From Azolla caroliniana (Eukaryota; Plantae; Polypodiophyta), in the NCBI GenBank assembly GCA_043228905.1, contig JBHGNT010000017.1, forward strand, positions 11,284,001 through 11,348,000: 64,000 nucleotides of DNA. The letters are read 5' to 3'. Shown one piece after another: positions 9,721-23,705 of this stretch. Position numbers and translations under genes: made by a program. A model generated the notes under the pieces. That model was not told the origin of the DNA. It did not search any database and saw nothing but the letters and a program-made list of their open reading frames with translations. Numbering within the stretch: position 1 is the first letter of the stretch; the number at the start of each line of letters is the position of its first letter.

Positions 9721-11429
9721 GGTTTAGTACCATATCAATTTTTTACCATATTGATATGTGTGCATGTGTATTTGCAAATGCATGGTTGTATTTGTATGTG
9801 TCTATTTGTATGCATGTATGAATGCATGCACACATGCATTGGTAGCATTCCATCTCATGTTTTTTTTTTCCATGTTAATTTGTGTATTTTCTATTGTCAT
9901 TTCACAAGCAAGAAGAGTTCTTTTGGTCTTGAGAAGATTCATGGGGAGCTCATGATGTCGGTGCTTTCTCTAGGAAGGACCATACCAAGTTCGATTCGAG
10001 TAATGCTACATTGTGAGGCAAGTTGTGAAGGGTATTGTTACAGCAATAAGACTTGCTCGTCGTTGCATTGTCCCAGTATGTATTCTTCTTGTGACCTTGG
10101 TGGATGTTGAGCGTTGTTCTTTACTCATTGTGGCACGTTTTGTCCTTTTTCATGCAAATAAAGTCATGAGAAAAGATTGAACACCATTCTTTCTTAGGAG
10201 CTTAGTAGAAACCAAGCTTGGTTTTGCATATATGGTCAAGGAATGTATAATAGTTTAGGAAAATGTATTCATTGTGTTTCCTTTCTATTCTGGAAATTGA
10301 AACAAAATGATGAAAAATTTGTTTACTTCAAGAAACCCTAATCCCAATGTTTTTTGACCTTGGATGATGGCTATCCACCCCGACCTTTGCAGAGGTAGAA
10401 ACAAACATTACAAGAAGACCTTAGATGATGGTTATTGTCAAAGTGAAACAAAAAGCCGACAAAATTTACTATTATGACTAAGGGTTTTGCTTATGATCTA
10501 CGTCTTTCTTTCTATTAGAGAAGTATGCAAAAATAAGAATGAAATGGTTCGAAAGGAAAGTATAGAGGGAGATGATATTTTGCTTATTCCAAATTTTTTC
10601 TCTTAAAACTCGTTTTTAACTAATATGGGAGTTTTGTCCCATTTGTTTGAAGTTTTTTCTTCAAATATTTGTTTTCTTTTCATTATCTCAAATGGAAGAA
10701 AAATAATGGGCTATTTATAAGAGCTCAACAACAAATATTCATGTACTATGTGTGGTGATGGAGATGTCGAGTTAATTGGATATCTTCATCAAAGACTCGT
10801 TGTACTTAATTGCTTTTCTATATGATATATTTGTATTTAAGGATATGGAGCTTTCAATACTTGAGACTAGGCTTCACATCTAACTAGTTTTTATTTTGGT
10901 GTCCAGTTATGCAAAGAATGCACCATTAAGGCTCTCATACCATGAGTTTGTTTTGAGGCTAGCTATCAAGGGAGGTCAAAGCATGCATTTCTTCCTATGA
11001 TTGCCTTTTGTTCTATAAGTATGGATGGTCTTCATTCCTTTCATGACTTTTTGGATTTGGAGGTTGACATTTATTAGGACATTTCTGAAGCCAAGGGGGT
11101 GTTTATTCATTGAATCCCACCCACTTTAATCTTCACTAACCGTGTGTCTGTGGATTTTTATTATCACCTAACATTGTATTCATCTTTCTTGGTGCTACAT
11201 CATTAGGAGAATGCAAGGTCCTCATTTCTACTTGTTGTAAAGGAAGGAGATTGATAAATAAATCATTGCATGAGTTGTAATATGTTACTTTCCTCTCATC
11301 TAATGAATCATTGTTTGTTTGAAACATTATTTGAATCGTAGGTATTTCATTATTATAGCAACTTGGTTTTGCATGTGTTTGTTTGTTGCAAACTATATAA
11401 TCTAAGGAAAAGGTGTATTAGAAAGAGAT

Positions 11430-11560
11430 GTTGTATTGCCAATAGTGTGATTGATATGTATGTCAAATGTGGCTTGACCCATGTAGGACATACATATATG
11501 CTTGATAAGCTTCACATATTGAATCAATCATATATTAATCTCTTCCTCGTTAAATAATGT
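11430..11560 (+). pseudogene. Degenerate PPR (PLS-class-like) repeat fragment
   Basis: IANSVIDMYVKCGL resembles the PPR consensus NALIDMYAKCG; the flanks are disrupted. Confidence 0.5.
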
Positions 11561-11732
11561 TGTGATGTGAGAAGTTATTGAGCATTTGAAGGAACTTCTT
11601 GTAGTGATGGGGTATTCATGATGAAATTTCATGAAGTTTAAAGATAGAATAGCATCAAACCAAATAATGAACTCTTGAGTCTTTATTAGTAAAAGAATAT
11701 CTATGATTTTGGTGCAAATAGACACGAGCCCC

Positions 11733-11940
11733 TACACACATACACACATGTCATACAACTAAGATATACCACACATACAATATAATACATACATAAATAA
11801 ACATGGTATACAATACATACATGCAATGCAATACATACATATGAACACACACATAACACATACATACATACATAAAATATATACAACATATGCAATACAA
11901 TATAATACATACATACACACATGTATAAAACATACATGTG
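11733..11940. repeat. Degenerate (ACAT)/(AC) microsatellite
   Basis: Runs of ACAT/ACAC/ATAC. Confidence 0.85.
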
Positions 11941-14403
11941 TCTTCTATGTAAGGGCATTTAAAATGAGTTGTTGTCAAAATATATATTGGCACTAAGGGT
12001 TATTTTTATTAACTGTGTTTTTATAGAAGGGTATCTTATATTAAAATACCCGGAAGTCCAAAGTTTTTCTTAAAGAAGATGGGTAAACATCTATGGGTAG
12101 ACGCTAAAAATGTTTGTTTCATCGTCACTAAACCTTGGAAAAAAAAAACTCCGAGCTTGACAGTCCCAGAAAGAATAATCTTGGTTTATCAAGATTTTCT
12201 GGCTTTTTCCATTGAAGAAGCGATTGCTAAATAGTAAAAAACATACGTATAAGGGGTTTATAAAAGGTGTCGCGAACGCACGTGATATAACCTTTTTATA
12301 TATAGTGGAGCCCCCGGGATTTAGCTCAACTTGAATAGCTTCTTTCCATTTATCTCAAAAAGGAGATGATTTTGCTTCTTGAATAGTAAAGGAGATGATT
12401 TTGCTTCTTGAATAGTTTGAGAATATGATTCATTCATGAAAGTTGTTTCTTAATTGCTTATCTTTTGTTCCAATAGGCTGCCCACACTTCCTTTGAGATT
12501 CTACGACATGTGTTTATGATTCTCCAATCGAAATTTGAGCAAGCACATTCATAGCAAGATTAATGTCAAAGACCTTCATGTTGAAAGTGTCAACAAAAGC
12601 ATCTAGTGCATTGTTGGCAATACTTTGTAGATGTAATATTCATTGAACTTCTTTCTTCCCCTCTCTAGTATAAGGATTCGGTGGTACTACATGTCCCCAT
12701 GTTGAACGATAGATTCGCAATAGCGAATAAAGGTTGTTGATGTAAACTCGACACCGTTGTCCATCCGAATTGACTTAATTGGAAAACATGGGAATTGAGC
12801 ATGCAACTTGATGATAAGGGTGAGGAGTCGAGGCAACGCCATGTTGCGAGTAGAAAGAAGTGTGACATGAGAAAAATGTGATGAAGCATCTTTGACTCCC
12901 ATGAAGTAATAAAACGGTTCAGAAGGAGGGTGCATTGTTCCATGGATATCACCATGTATACGCTCCAAAAAATTTCGTGACTCATACAGTTCCTTGTGCA
13001 AGGACGAATCACAAGATTTCCTTACGCACATGGAACACAAAAACGAGTTTTAACTCGATTCAAGTATTCCAACTTTAAAGGTAGATCTTGAACATTATTG
13101 ATCATTTGCCTAATCATTGTATTACCACGATCTTGCCAAAGATCCATTATATTAGTATTGACCTTCGAGGAAATATTGGAGTAGTGGGCAAATGAAGCCA
13201 TGCGGATCTTCAGGGCTTTAAGGTTGAAACAATACAATTGCTTTGGTAAGACTTCTAACTCATTAATAACTTGGGTAGTATTCGACAAGTGCTTGACAAC
13301 TCGCATTGCCTCTTTCCCATCTTGTTCCCATGTCATGAGGTGGTATCCATTGCATCGCACATCTACAAATGCAAGATGATTTCTCAGTGAGGTAGGCGCA
13401 ATCAATAAGACAAAGAAAACGATGCGAATAAATCATGTGGGCTTCAAGTATGTTAGCTTCGGGCTCGAATTGCAAAGGTTGATCCATAAAACTATATTCC
13501 AAGATTGGAATTGATAGTGAGATCGTTGATGTTTCTACTACCATATTAGCCTCCGGTTTTGTATCTTGACCTTGCTTGCCATACTTCAGGTAAAGATCAA
13601 CGTGAAACTTAGAAGTTCAGCAAATATTTGCCCAATGCCCTCGTAAACCACATCGAAGACATGAATTTGATGAAGGCTTATCTTGACTTGAGGTTGATTG
13701 ATGATGCATTGGCTTGACTTGATTACTTCTGGGATATTGATTCCTTTGTTGATTTCTTCCTTCTCTTCCTCTTCCTCAACTCTGTGCATATGGGTGTTGA
13801 TGACGATGTTTGTCGTCTAGAATAATCACTCTCGACATGCATCAAATCCTTGAATTGTAGAGGAGCCGCAAATTGACTAACTGGATGAAGTTTGTCGTCC
13901 TTGAGGAGAACTTGGTGGTGTTGCTCAGGAATAAGAAGTGCAAATAAAAATTTAGCATAGGTTTTAAAACCACGATTACGATATTGTTCAAAAATATTAA
14001 AACTTAAGGGATGAAAAGTAGTTACCGTTTTGTTGATTAGATTCGCCTCTTGAACAAGATCGTCATGACCACAAAATTTAAATTTAGAAACGATACCGAA
14101 CAATGAGGAATTATATTCAACAACTATCTTGAAAACTTGAAAACGAAGTTGATTCCATTCACGCAAAGTATTGGGACTAAGAACAATTCATTGATGATTA
14201 AAGTGGGCTTTGAGTTGCTTCCAAAGAGTTGATGGAGAAGTTCTTGATGGAGAAGTATTGATACTGAAGGCTTAGCTCAAGGTGATGAAGGATGAAGATG
14301 AATGCTTCCACTCCTTTTTTCCTAGCATTTGAGTTCTTAGCATGATTAAAATTATCAGTTACCGTATGAAGAAGATCTTTCACCTTGAGATGGCCTTCAA
14401 CAT

Positions 14404-17400
14404 TGTTAAGAATTAGGTAATTACCTACGGGTTAATTAGTACCTAATTATGTGATTAAGCTAAGCTAGAAGACTAAGTGATATGTGTGTGAGAGGAAGAG
14501 AGAGAGGAAGTTACACTTATGAACAACACAAGATGGGGGATGGTTAACTCTATATTAAATTAGCATTATCATCATCAAATACAAAAATACCCACAAATGA
14601 GGTATATATACATCTCATGTGCAAAGGTGCACATGTGTGAGTAGAATATAGGTACTAAGGTGTAAGTCCTATATTAAATGTACTTAGGAGTGGAGGATCT
14701 AGAATATCCCACTTAAGTACAAGGTCCTATTTAAGGCATTATAGTCAACGCTCCTAACTAGATTCTATCTAGGTAACTACGAAGTTACATGGTTGACTAA
14801 ATAACTAAACTAAGTTGAGCTTGATCTCTCAACATGCCCCCTCAAGCTCAAGTGAGAGGCGTTTGACATCCACTTTGGCTTTCGTTGGCTTCGTGTGCTT
14901 CCGTCCGGCCTTCAAATTTCTTCGTCGTGGCAATCTTGGTTCCTCCCCTCAAGCCGGTGACGAATACTTGTTGTGTGTGGGCGAAGGTCGACTACTTCCA
15001 CCTATCGTGGGTTACGAGCCGCTTCGGTGGAGCTCTTGGGTTCTTGTTCGGCTGCTACCTTCATCGCGAAGGCATAGGGATGGGCCATGTACTCGTTGTA
15101 GCCGAGCCGAGTGACGGGGTTCTTAGCTCTAGATGAGCGTCGAAGTTTTTCGCTCGCCAATGTGAACGTCTTCTTTACTCCAGGTTTCCGCATGATGGGT
15201 ACACCAAACTCACTGTCTAGTGAGCGAGCCGATGCATCCGAATCACTGTCGTCGGGATGGTCGACTTCGTATTCGGGCATCTTACCTTTGCCTTTGTCCA
15301 AGGTTGTACTTGGTCGGACGTGCTTGGGTCGTGCAGGGGCTCTTGTGGCCCACTAAGCCTTGTCGTAATTGGACTTTCTTCGAACATGTGTTCGAAGCGA
15401 TCTCCATCTTCTACCTCTTGTTCGGCGGATTCCGAGTCGAGCAAAGTCGGAGTCGAAGTTGTCTCTTGTGCGTACCAAGATGCAGACTCGTTGAAGACTA
15501 CGTCTCGACTTACCTGAACTGCTCGGGTAGAAGGGTTGTAGCACTTGTAGGCCTTCTTCTCGAACGAGTATCCTATGAGGATACATTCCTCTAACTTTGA
15601 GTTGGGCTTCTATCGTTGTTTGTTCAGGATGCGTACATTCGCAATGCTTCCAAACACCTTCAGGTGCAACAAGATCGGGTTCCTTCCGACAAGGAGCTCA
15701 TATGGAGTTAGCTCATGCACTCCATTAATGGTGCATCGATTCATGAGATAGACGGTCGTGGATGCCGCTTCGGCCCAATAGAAGTTCGGCATGTGCTTCT
15801 CATGTAACATGGCCCATACTACCTCAAGTATTTGCCGATTCTTCCTTTCGGCAACTCCATTTTGTTGGGGTGTGTGTTAGCATGAGAATTCTCTTCGAAT
15901 GCCTTCGCTTTGGAGGTAGGGGGTGAATTCATCGAAGAAGTACTCCTTGCCTCCATCCGATCGTAGGCATCGAATGTGCTAACCAGTTTCTTTTTCGACT
16001 TGGCCCTTTAGTTTTTGGAAGTGGGAGAGCACTTCGTTCTTCTTCTTCATCAGGAAGATCCACGCGTAGCGCGAGTAGTAGTCGATGAAGGTGACGTAAA
16101 ATCGACATCCGCCAATCCTCAGCGTTTGAGCCGGTTCCGATACATCTGAGTGTATGATGTTGAGGAGGTCTTTGCTTGCGTAACTCTTCTTCGGAAATGG
16201 GAGTCAATGTTGTTTGTCGAGTTGACATGCTTCTCATACTTGGTCGACTCGTTTCGACTCGAATGTCAGAAGTCCGATGACGACTCCCTTTGTTTGCATA
16301 GCTCAGAGCCGTTGGAGGTTTATGTGGCCGATTCTCTTGTGCCGCAACTCGATGCTTATCTCGGTTTTGCGACCTTTAGCATACATGGACGATTTCACCT
16401 CGTTCGAATCAAGGATGAACATGCGACCGTCTCTCCGTCCATTGGCTATGAGTCGGCCATCTTTCTCGATGAAACAACCTTCGTTGTTGAAGCGAACTTG
16501 CATGCCTTGCTCCAAAATTTGGCCGACCGAGACCAAATTCTTCGTTATTGTGGGCACGTGCAAGACATTCTTGATGCAGGTTTGTTGGCCTTCTTTCCTG
16601 AATGGGACATTGCCAATGTGCCGAATGGGATATGTGGTGTCTTCTCCCATCTCTATGAAGTCGGGTCGGTCTGGCGTTCGTAAGTCACGAAACCACTCTT
16701 GGTGTGACGTCATATGATGTGAGGCACCGGTGTCGTGAAGATTTTCGGCAATGGTGTGAAAATCACATAAGACGTATGAAATCAAGTGTCAATCATATAA
16801 AACAATAATAGTGAATATACTAATTCTAAGTAAGTTTAATATCTTAGTACAAAAGACGAAGATCTTAAAGAGATGCACTTTATTACATAAGAAACAGACA
16901 TCTAAGTGTCAACTTATGTGGGTAAGAAGTTGCAAAAGAAAAAGAGAAAATTGTGAGATATCCCACATAGACAGGACGAATAAGGCTCTCACCATATATA
17001 ACGTAGAGCAAAAGTTATTATCTTTATGTTTATGTGTGGGTCATAGAGAGTTCAAGGTAACTTGAACTAAGAGTGGAGGTGGCCTAGCCACTTGTAAAGG
17101 TTTTGGCCAACCAAAACGGAACTGGACGGTAACCGACGATCGGCATCCGACGGGCCGACGAGGCGGCGGCAGAGCCGGTAATCCGACGAGGCGGCATTTG
17201 GCATCCGGCAACGGTGGCGACCAACGGCAACCGATGGAAACTGGCGGCATCCGGCGGCTACCAGCATCCCATATCCAGCGGCAATAGCATCCAACGACCA
17301 AATAAATAAATAAATAAATAAATATCACATATATATATATACAAGGAGGGCAAGTAAGCGACCAAATTAATAAATTAATTAATTAATATCACATATATAT

Positions 17401-19437
17401 ATATACAAGGAGGGCAAGTAAGGATTTGAACCTTTCACCTCCTAGTTAAGAGTCAATAGGCTTACCACTAAGCCATGACATTTAGTTTAATCTATATTTC
17501 TATCATTGTACTTTTACATGTAAATTCACATACGTGAGAGCTAAAATGAGTGACATGGTTATCATGCACCACATGTAATACATGAGCGCCAAATGGCAAA
17601 CATGCATTTTATGCATGACTTGTACCCTTACATGCATCACATGGATGAGAGCATCTATAAAAGAAGGGATGAAAAAGAAGAAAGGTTAGGCTCTTTTGGT
17701 TATGAAATTAAGAAGAAGAAAATTCGTTATCGAATTGATCATGTAACTTGTTTCTAAAATCTAAAGTCAAGGGTTCTTAATCTCTCTCTCAATCTAAAAT
17801 CAAGTGTTCTATCTTTTCTCAATCTCTCTCTCTTTCAATCTATCTTAATTCCTTTCTCACTAAAGCTTGTGCCAACGTCGAATCCTTCCGGTCTAGAACC
17901 CCGGCGGTTCCGCCTCACGATCCGCGCGTAGTGACGGATCTTCACGACACCGGAATCGACGAACCACACGTCTTCCGAATTGGAGGTGCTTGCGAAGTCG
18001 GAGGCCAACATAGAGCTCGCTCTATGCCTCATTACGAATAGTCCGCCGTAGTCGTTGTATTCGGAGTTGGTGGCGTAATTCGTGAGTTGTCGACTTGTTG
18101 AAGCCAACTCACTTCTTCTTTTTCGGCACTCCTCCTCGCGGTGGCTGATTTTTCCGCAATAGTTGCAAGTTGTGGGCCTCGTTTGCCAACCTTGTTCGGC
18201 ATGGAAGCTCCCCCTTCTTCCAAAGGTTCCTCGATGGCTTCCATGAAGGTTTGAGTTCCCTTCGTGTGATGGGCCGAATTGGCCTCTTCTACCGTCGTGA
18301 CCTCGTCCTCAACCACCGTCCGAACTTGAGAAGAACATTTGTCCTTCTGACGTCTTCGTTTTGGTTCGAACGTGGTTCTCTTCGATCAATAACATTGATT
18401 GGAGGTCGAAGAATGAAGGAGGATTTTCTTTCGCCAAGATTGTCGTCCGTAATGGATCGAATCGTTGTGTGAAGCCGCCCAAGCATACTTGAACCATTTC
18501 ATCTTCATTGACATTTATGTTGATGGAGCTAAGCGAGTCGCAAATGCTCTTGATTTTGGCGGTGTAGTCCGACACAGACATATCTTTTTGCCGAATGTTG
18601 TTCAACTCTTGTCGGAGTTGAAGCTTTCAGGCGGTCGTGTTGGCGGCGAACATTTTCTTCAAGTTCCCCAACACCTCTTTAGGCGTCTTGGCGTCTTGAA
18701 TGTGGCTAAGCATGTGATCGTCGACACATGTTGCCAAACAATACATGACTCAACTCGCCGCTTGCTCCCATGTTGAGTAATCGGCATTCTTTAGGTCGGG
18801 TCGATTTTCTTGAGAGACGTTGATGTAGCTCCAATACCCTTGGCCGACAAGGTATTGGTTCATCTTGTACTCCCAAGATGAATAATTGCTCCGGTTTAGC
18901 TTTTCACTAGGGAGCGAGCTACCCATTTGTGTGTTCATATTGATTGTAGTGTCTTCCATTTTTGCTTTCCTTCCTTCGGTCACGTACACGTGCTACGTAG
19001 CGGCACTACCGTAGCGAATAGCTAGAATTTGTCGTCGGCGTTTCGAACACACAATCACGGAGTCGGGTGGGCTTAATGGATGTGCTAAACCACACGCTCA
19101 GATACCATGTTAAGAATTAGGTAAGTAATTAAGCAAGGGTTAATTAGTACCTAATTATGTGATCAAGTTAATCTAAGCGGAAGATTAAGTGATATGTGTG
19201 TGTATGTGTGCGAGAGGAAGTTAACACTTATGAACAACACAAGATGGGGGGGATGATAATGCTAATATAGAGTTAATCATCCCCCATCTTGTGTTGTTCA
19301 TAAATGTTAACTTCCTCTCTCTCTCTTCCTCTCGCACACATACACACACATATCACTTAATCTTCCCCTTAGCTTAACTTGATCACATAATTAGATACTA
19401 ATTAACCCTTGTTTAATTACTTACCTAATTCTTAACA
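14404..19437 (-). mobile_element. Copia element B lacking RT/RNase H: 3' LTR 14404-14834, PBS-iMet 19096-19107, fold-back 5' end
   Basis: AACAT TSD at 14399-14403 and 19438-19442; gag MNTQMGSSLPSEKL, WFVDSGAS, integrase FYWAEAASTTVYL; PPT adjacent to 14834. Confidence 0.9.
16731..17949. mobile_element. Solo LTR (TGTCGTGAAG...CTTCACGACA) inserted in the protease DSGA motif of element B
   Basis: 10-bp terminal inverted ends; CCGG TSD at 16727-16730 and 17950-17953; removing it restores WFVDSGAS. Confidence 0.85.
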
Positions 19438-20584
19438 AACATGAACTATCTAAGTCATATAATTTGACCCATCAAACACAAGTGGCGGGAATAAACATTT
19501 CCCTATTTATAGAGCTTGAGAAGCCATGCTAATGATAACAATAAGGTAGAATTATATAAGAGAATAATCAATTACTATGGTAGAGGCTAATCGTGTTGAT
19601 AACATGTTATAGAATAGAATGATTAAGCAAGATAAAAGAGTGATTAGATATTAATCAAGATCACAATACAATCGCTAGATAGAGCTCATAGGCTATGCTC
19701 TATTCCAAAATTATTAAGATACATAAGTTTTATGACTCACAAGATGATGAGATGCATGCATACTATTTACCTCATGAAGTCTTGTTAGCTAGAGTTTAAT
19801 ACTAAGATAAGTATAGCATGACTCGTTTCATGCATGAGTTCATAACAATATAAGATTTTTTACCTCACTTATTTGACCAAATGTTCAACCTAAATTTTCA
19901 AGTCAATTAATTTATCAAAAAGATTGTTGGTTAAATTTTTTGACATATATAAATATTCTTAATTTTATGAAATAATTTGCGATAATTGGGAAATCATGAA
20001 AGATGAGCTATACATTATTAATTAACCTTAGCTTTGTTGCACTATGCCATACCATGTATAAAGAACACTTAAGAATTCATGAACCTTGTTTCAATGGAAC
20101 ACATAGGCTTGTCTTTTTATAGAAACCAAGACTCGTTCACTTCTAATTTTATGAAATTTACAACAATCACACAAGTCATGAAATTTCAGACCTTCTAAAA
20201 ACATTGGCCTAAAAATAAAAGTAGATTTAAATTTCCACAAAACAACAAACATTTCAAGAAGTGCAATACTATTAAAATGTAAATGGTTTTAGTTAAGAAT
20301 TAATGCAATACCTACTTAAATAGAATATAAGTACAACTTTACCAAACATTCCTTATATTTTCTTTTACTATGGATTGATTGATGTGAGCATTCGCAGTTG
20401 ATCAAGTCAAAACATGCCAAATTTGATTAAGATTCAGAGTAGGGTTAATTTAAAATCATTTCGGGCTAGAATGAAATATGTGAAACATATAATTATGTTT
20501 AACATACTTGCAAACATTCACAACGTATCCATCTAATGAGTTGTTAGTTGCCTTAGCAAGGGAAATCACAAACAAGAAGTGTAC

Positions 20585-22670
20585 ATCTATGAAGGTGCTC
20601 TTTGCCCGGATTGCTCATGAACTGCTTGACAACTCCAACCGCATATCCGATGTTTGGCCTGGTACATACCATCGTGTACATAAGGCTTCCGACCGCTGAG
20701 GCATAGGGAACCTTCATAATCTCAACCTTCTCCTTCTTTGTATTCGGAGATTGTCTCCCAGATAGCTTGATGTTGATCGGGAGTGTAGAGTCGACCGGCT
20801 TTGCACTTTCCATGTTGAACCTCTAAAGCACCTTTGTCACGTACTTCTCTTGTGATAGCCACGATAATTTCTTTGTCCGGTTTCGAACAATGTGCATTCC
20901 CAGGATCTTATCTTGCTGGACCCATATCCTTTATCGAGAATGACCTTTTCAAGGCCTTTTTGAGCATTCCGATTTTCATATGGTTTGTCCGACAATCAAC
21001 ATGTCATCCAAGTACAGCAGGAGGAAGAGGAAGTCTCCTCTGCTGAAATTCTTCACAAATACGTAGTGACCGGCCTGTGTTTTATGGTACCCTTGGTCGA
21101 TCATGAAAAATTCGAACTTTCAGTACCATTGCCTACTTGAGTTCGTAAAAGCTCTTTCTCAATCAGCATACTGGGTTCTCCTTCCCCTTCTCGACGAATC
21201 CTTCCGATTGCTGCATGTATATCTTCTCTTCAAGATCACCGTGCATAAAGGTCGTCTTGACATCTAGCTGCTCGAGTTCAAGGTCCATGTTGGCCGCTAT
21301 GCTCAGTACCGTCCGGATGGATGTCACCTTCACTACCAGGGAAAACATTTTGTTGAAATCCACACCCTTTTTGTGTTGGAAACCCTTCACCACAATGCGA
21401 GCTTTATACCATGGTGGATTTCCGCCATCTCCCAGTTTCAGGTTGTGCACCCACATGTTTTGAATGTGAACTCTTTCCTTTCAACAATTCCGTCAACTCA
21501 TATGTTTGGTTCTCATGTAGGGAATCCGTTTCATCCTGCATGGCACTTAGCCCCTCTCTGTTGTGGGTGTCCCTCTTTGCTTGCTCAAAGCTTTCCGTCT
21601 CCCCCTCGTCAGTTAGTAGCACATACTCTTTCTCCGGAAATCTTCGAGGGGGTATCTTCTTCCTCTATTCTCATCAGTCGGTTCACTAAGTCCTTCCTCT
21701 TCTCCTTCGACTAGTTCATTGTCCGAGTCGAAATCAACTACATCTTCCTCTTCGGATCTAACTGGATGCCATCCAGTTGGTTTGGATCCGGATCCGTATC
21801 CCTGTTCAGATCCGGCTCGCAATTGGACTTCGACCAATCCGACTCCTGTCTAGATCCGGTCGGCTCCCCTTGTTCTTCAATCGGTATTCGACTTCCAACA
21901 GGTTGGGAGGATGTTCCCGACTTCTCCTTCTCCCAGCCGGCAAGAGTTTCTCCTCCATGAAGTCTATGTCTTGGCTCCGAATCACTTTCTTCTCCGCTAA
22001 GTCCCATAATTGGTAACCGAATTTGTCGTCCTTGTATCCTAGAAATATGCGTGGCCGAGTCTTTAGGTCTAGTTTTCCTCTCTGGTCCTTTGCTACATGC
22101 ACATAGGCAAGACAACCGAACACCCTTAGAGGCTGGTACAACACGTCTTTGCCGGTACACACCCTTTGTGGAATATCTCCATCTAAGGGCACAGAGGGTG
22201 ATTTGTTTATCACATAAACCGTTGTCATCAACGCCTTAGCCCAAAACATTTTGGACAATTTTGCATGTGCAAGCATGCTTTAGACTCTCTCCATGACGGT
22301 CCGGTTCATTCTCATGGCCAACCCGGTAAGCTTTGGCGTCTTTGGCACGGTGTATTCGAGCCGGATTCCCTTCGACCGACAATACTCCTCAAACTGCCCT
22401 CGGTATTCTCCTCCGTTATCCGCTCGAACCGCTTTCAATTTCCGGAAGGGGCTCTCTCTCTCGACTCTTGCTTGGAACTCCTTGAAGACCGACAACACAT
22501 GGTCCTTGGTCTTCAATACGAAAGCCCACAACTTCTGGCTACAGTTGTCTATGAAGTTCATGAAATATTGTGAACCAAAATGAGACTTTGTATCTACATA
22601 ACATACATCCATATGCACAAGTTTTAATGGTATCTTCTTTCTCATTGGGGGCGTGGATTGGAATGAGGTT
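20585..22670 (-). mobile_element. Degenerate Tnt1/Tork-like Copia fragment (INT-RT)
   Basis: VRADNGGEY, FWAKALMTTVY, YKARIVVKGF, LEQLDVKTTF, PYASAVGSLMY; many stops and frameshifts. Confidence 0.85.
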
Positions 22671-23309
22671 CTTTCTCATTGGGGGCCTACGAGGGCAGTT
22701 GGACGAGGTTTGTGGCCACTCTGACGACGTGGTCACTGCTCGCTTATGCTTTTGACAAAAATGGAGGAATACGCCGATAGTGATGTGAGGAACTACCAGC
22801 CGCCACACTAGTTATTTCCTACTTACCTCCCTCCATTGAAGGCCAGACGATCAGGCTCATACTGTCTGTCGATGATTGCCACTAGTTTATAGCTCTAGGT
22901 ACCTACTTACATTGAGTAGAAAGTATGAGAGGATATGTATGTAGTCTCATATTCTTGAACTCCGCCAGGGGGTGATTTTTTCCCGATTTATATATAAGCC
23001 ATTTTCCGTTGATGGTCAACGTCATACAACATGATTTACTTGAATTGCTTTGAAATATGCACATGCCCATGCCAATGGCTTATTTCAAAGTGTGGCAATT
23101 TATAAATTTTGTTATCGTCCATAAAGAGGCAAGGTTTGCCAATTTTTAAGAAAGTCATACAAGCGTGGCGCGGGGTGTGTGTGTTGGGATTTTGATTGTG
23201 ATCATCCATCCATTCATAGATAGTACATGCCGATACAATGATCCATCCGTCCATCCATCATGATATATGTATATAAACAAACAATAAGTAGTAAGTAGTA
23301 AAAATAAAA

Positions 23310-23480
23310 AATTAAGAAGAAGAAGGAAGAAGGGGGGGAATGCGAAGGAAGGAAGGAAGGAAGGAAGGAAGAAGAAGAAGAAGAAGAAGAAGAAGAAGAA
23401 GAAGAAGAAAGTACGTGGCAGCAACCTTTCTTCCCTCCCTCCCTCCCTCTCTCCTCCCTTCTTCCTTCCCTCCCCCCCCT
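23310..23480. repeat. (GGAA)/(GAA)n and CT-rich microsatellites upstream of the host gene
   Basis: Visible simple repeats. Confidence 0.9.
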
Positions 23481-23667
23481 CCGCTTTCGAAGGCGGTGTT
23501 GGTGTTCTCTCTGATCTGAACTTTATTTAGGGTTTCGCCTGCAAACGCAGGCAACTGCGCTTCCACAAATCGTTTAGAGGGCAGCGACTCGGGACTCAAA
23601 TCGTTTGCTCTCACTCACTCACTGAGAATCACTGAGAATCACTGAGAACAGAACAGCCACTCTCTCA

Positions 23668-23668
<1 letters not shown>

Positions 23669-23705
<37 letters not shown>

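Larger units (their letters stand above)
12380..19847 (-). mobile_element. Old Copia element A (5' LTR about 19605-19847; gag-PR-INT remnants), split by element B
   Basis: gag reads DGSNY...HV|EGHLK across the insertion; integrase IHGDIHG...IRMDNGVEF at 12687-13040; LTR runs TGTTAT...ATAACA. Confidence 0.75.

Noticed and set aside
9751-11993. Short Cys/Tyr/Val-rich ORFs
   Set aside because: Translations of TG/TATG microsatellites and AT-rich intergenic DNA.
17413-17480. Functional tRNA gene (also at 49332 and 52330)
   Set aside because: Embedded in LTRs with imperfect stems; treated as tRNA-like cassettes.
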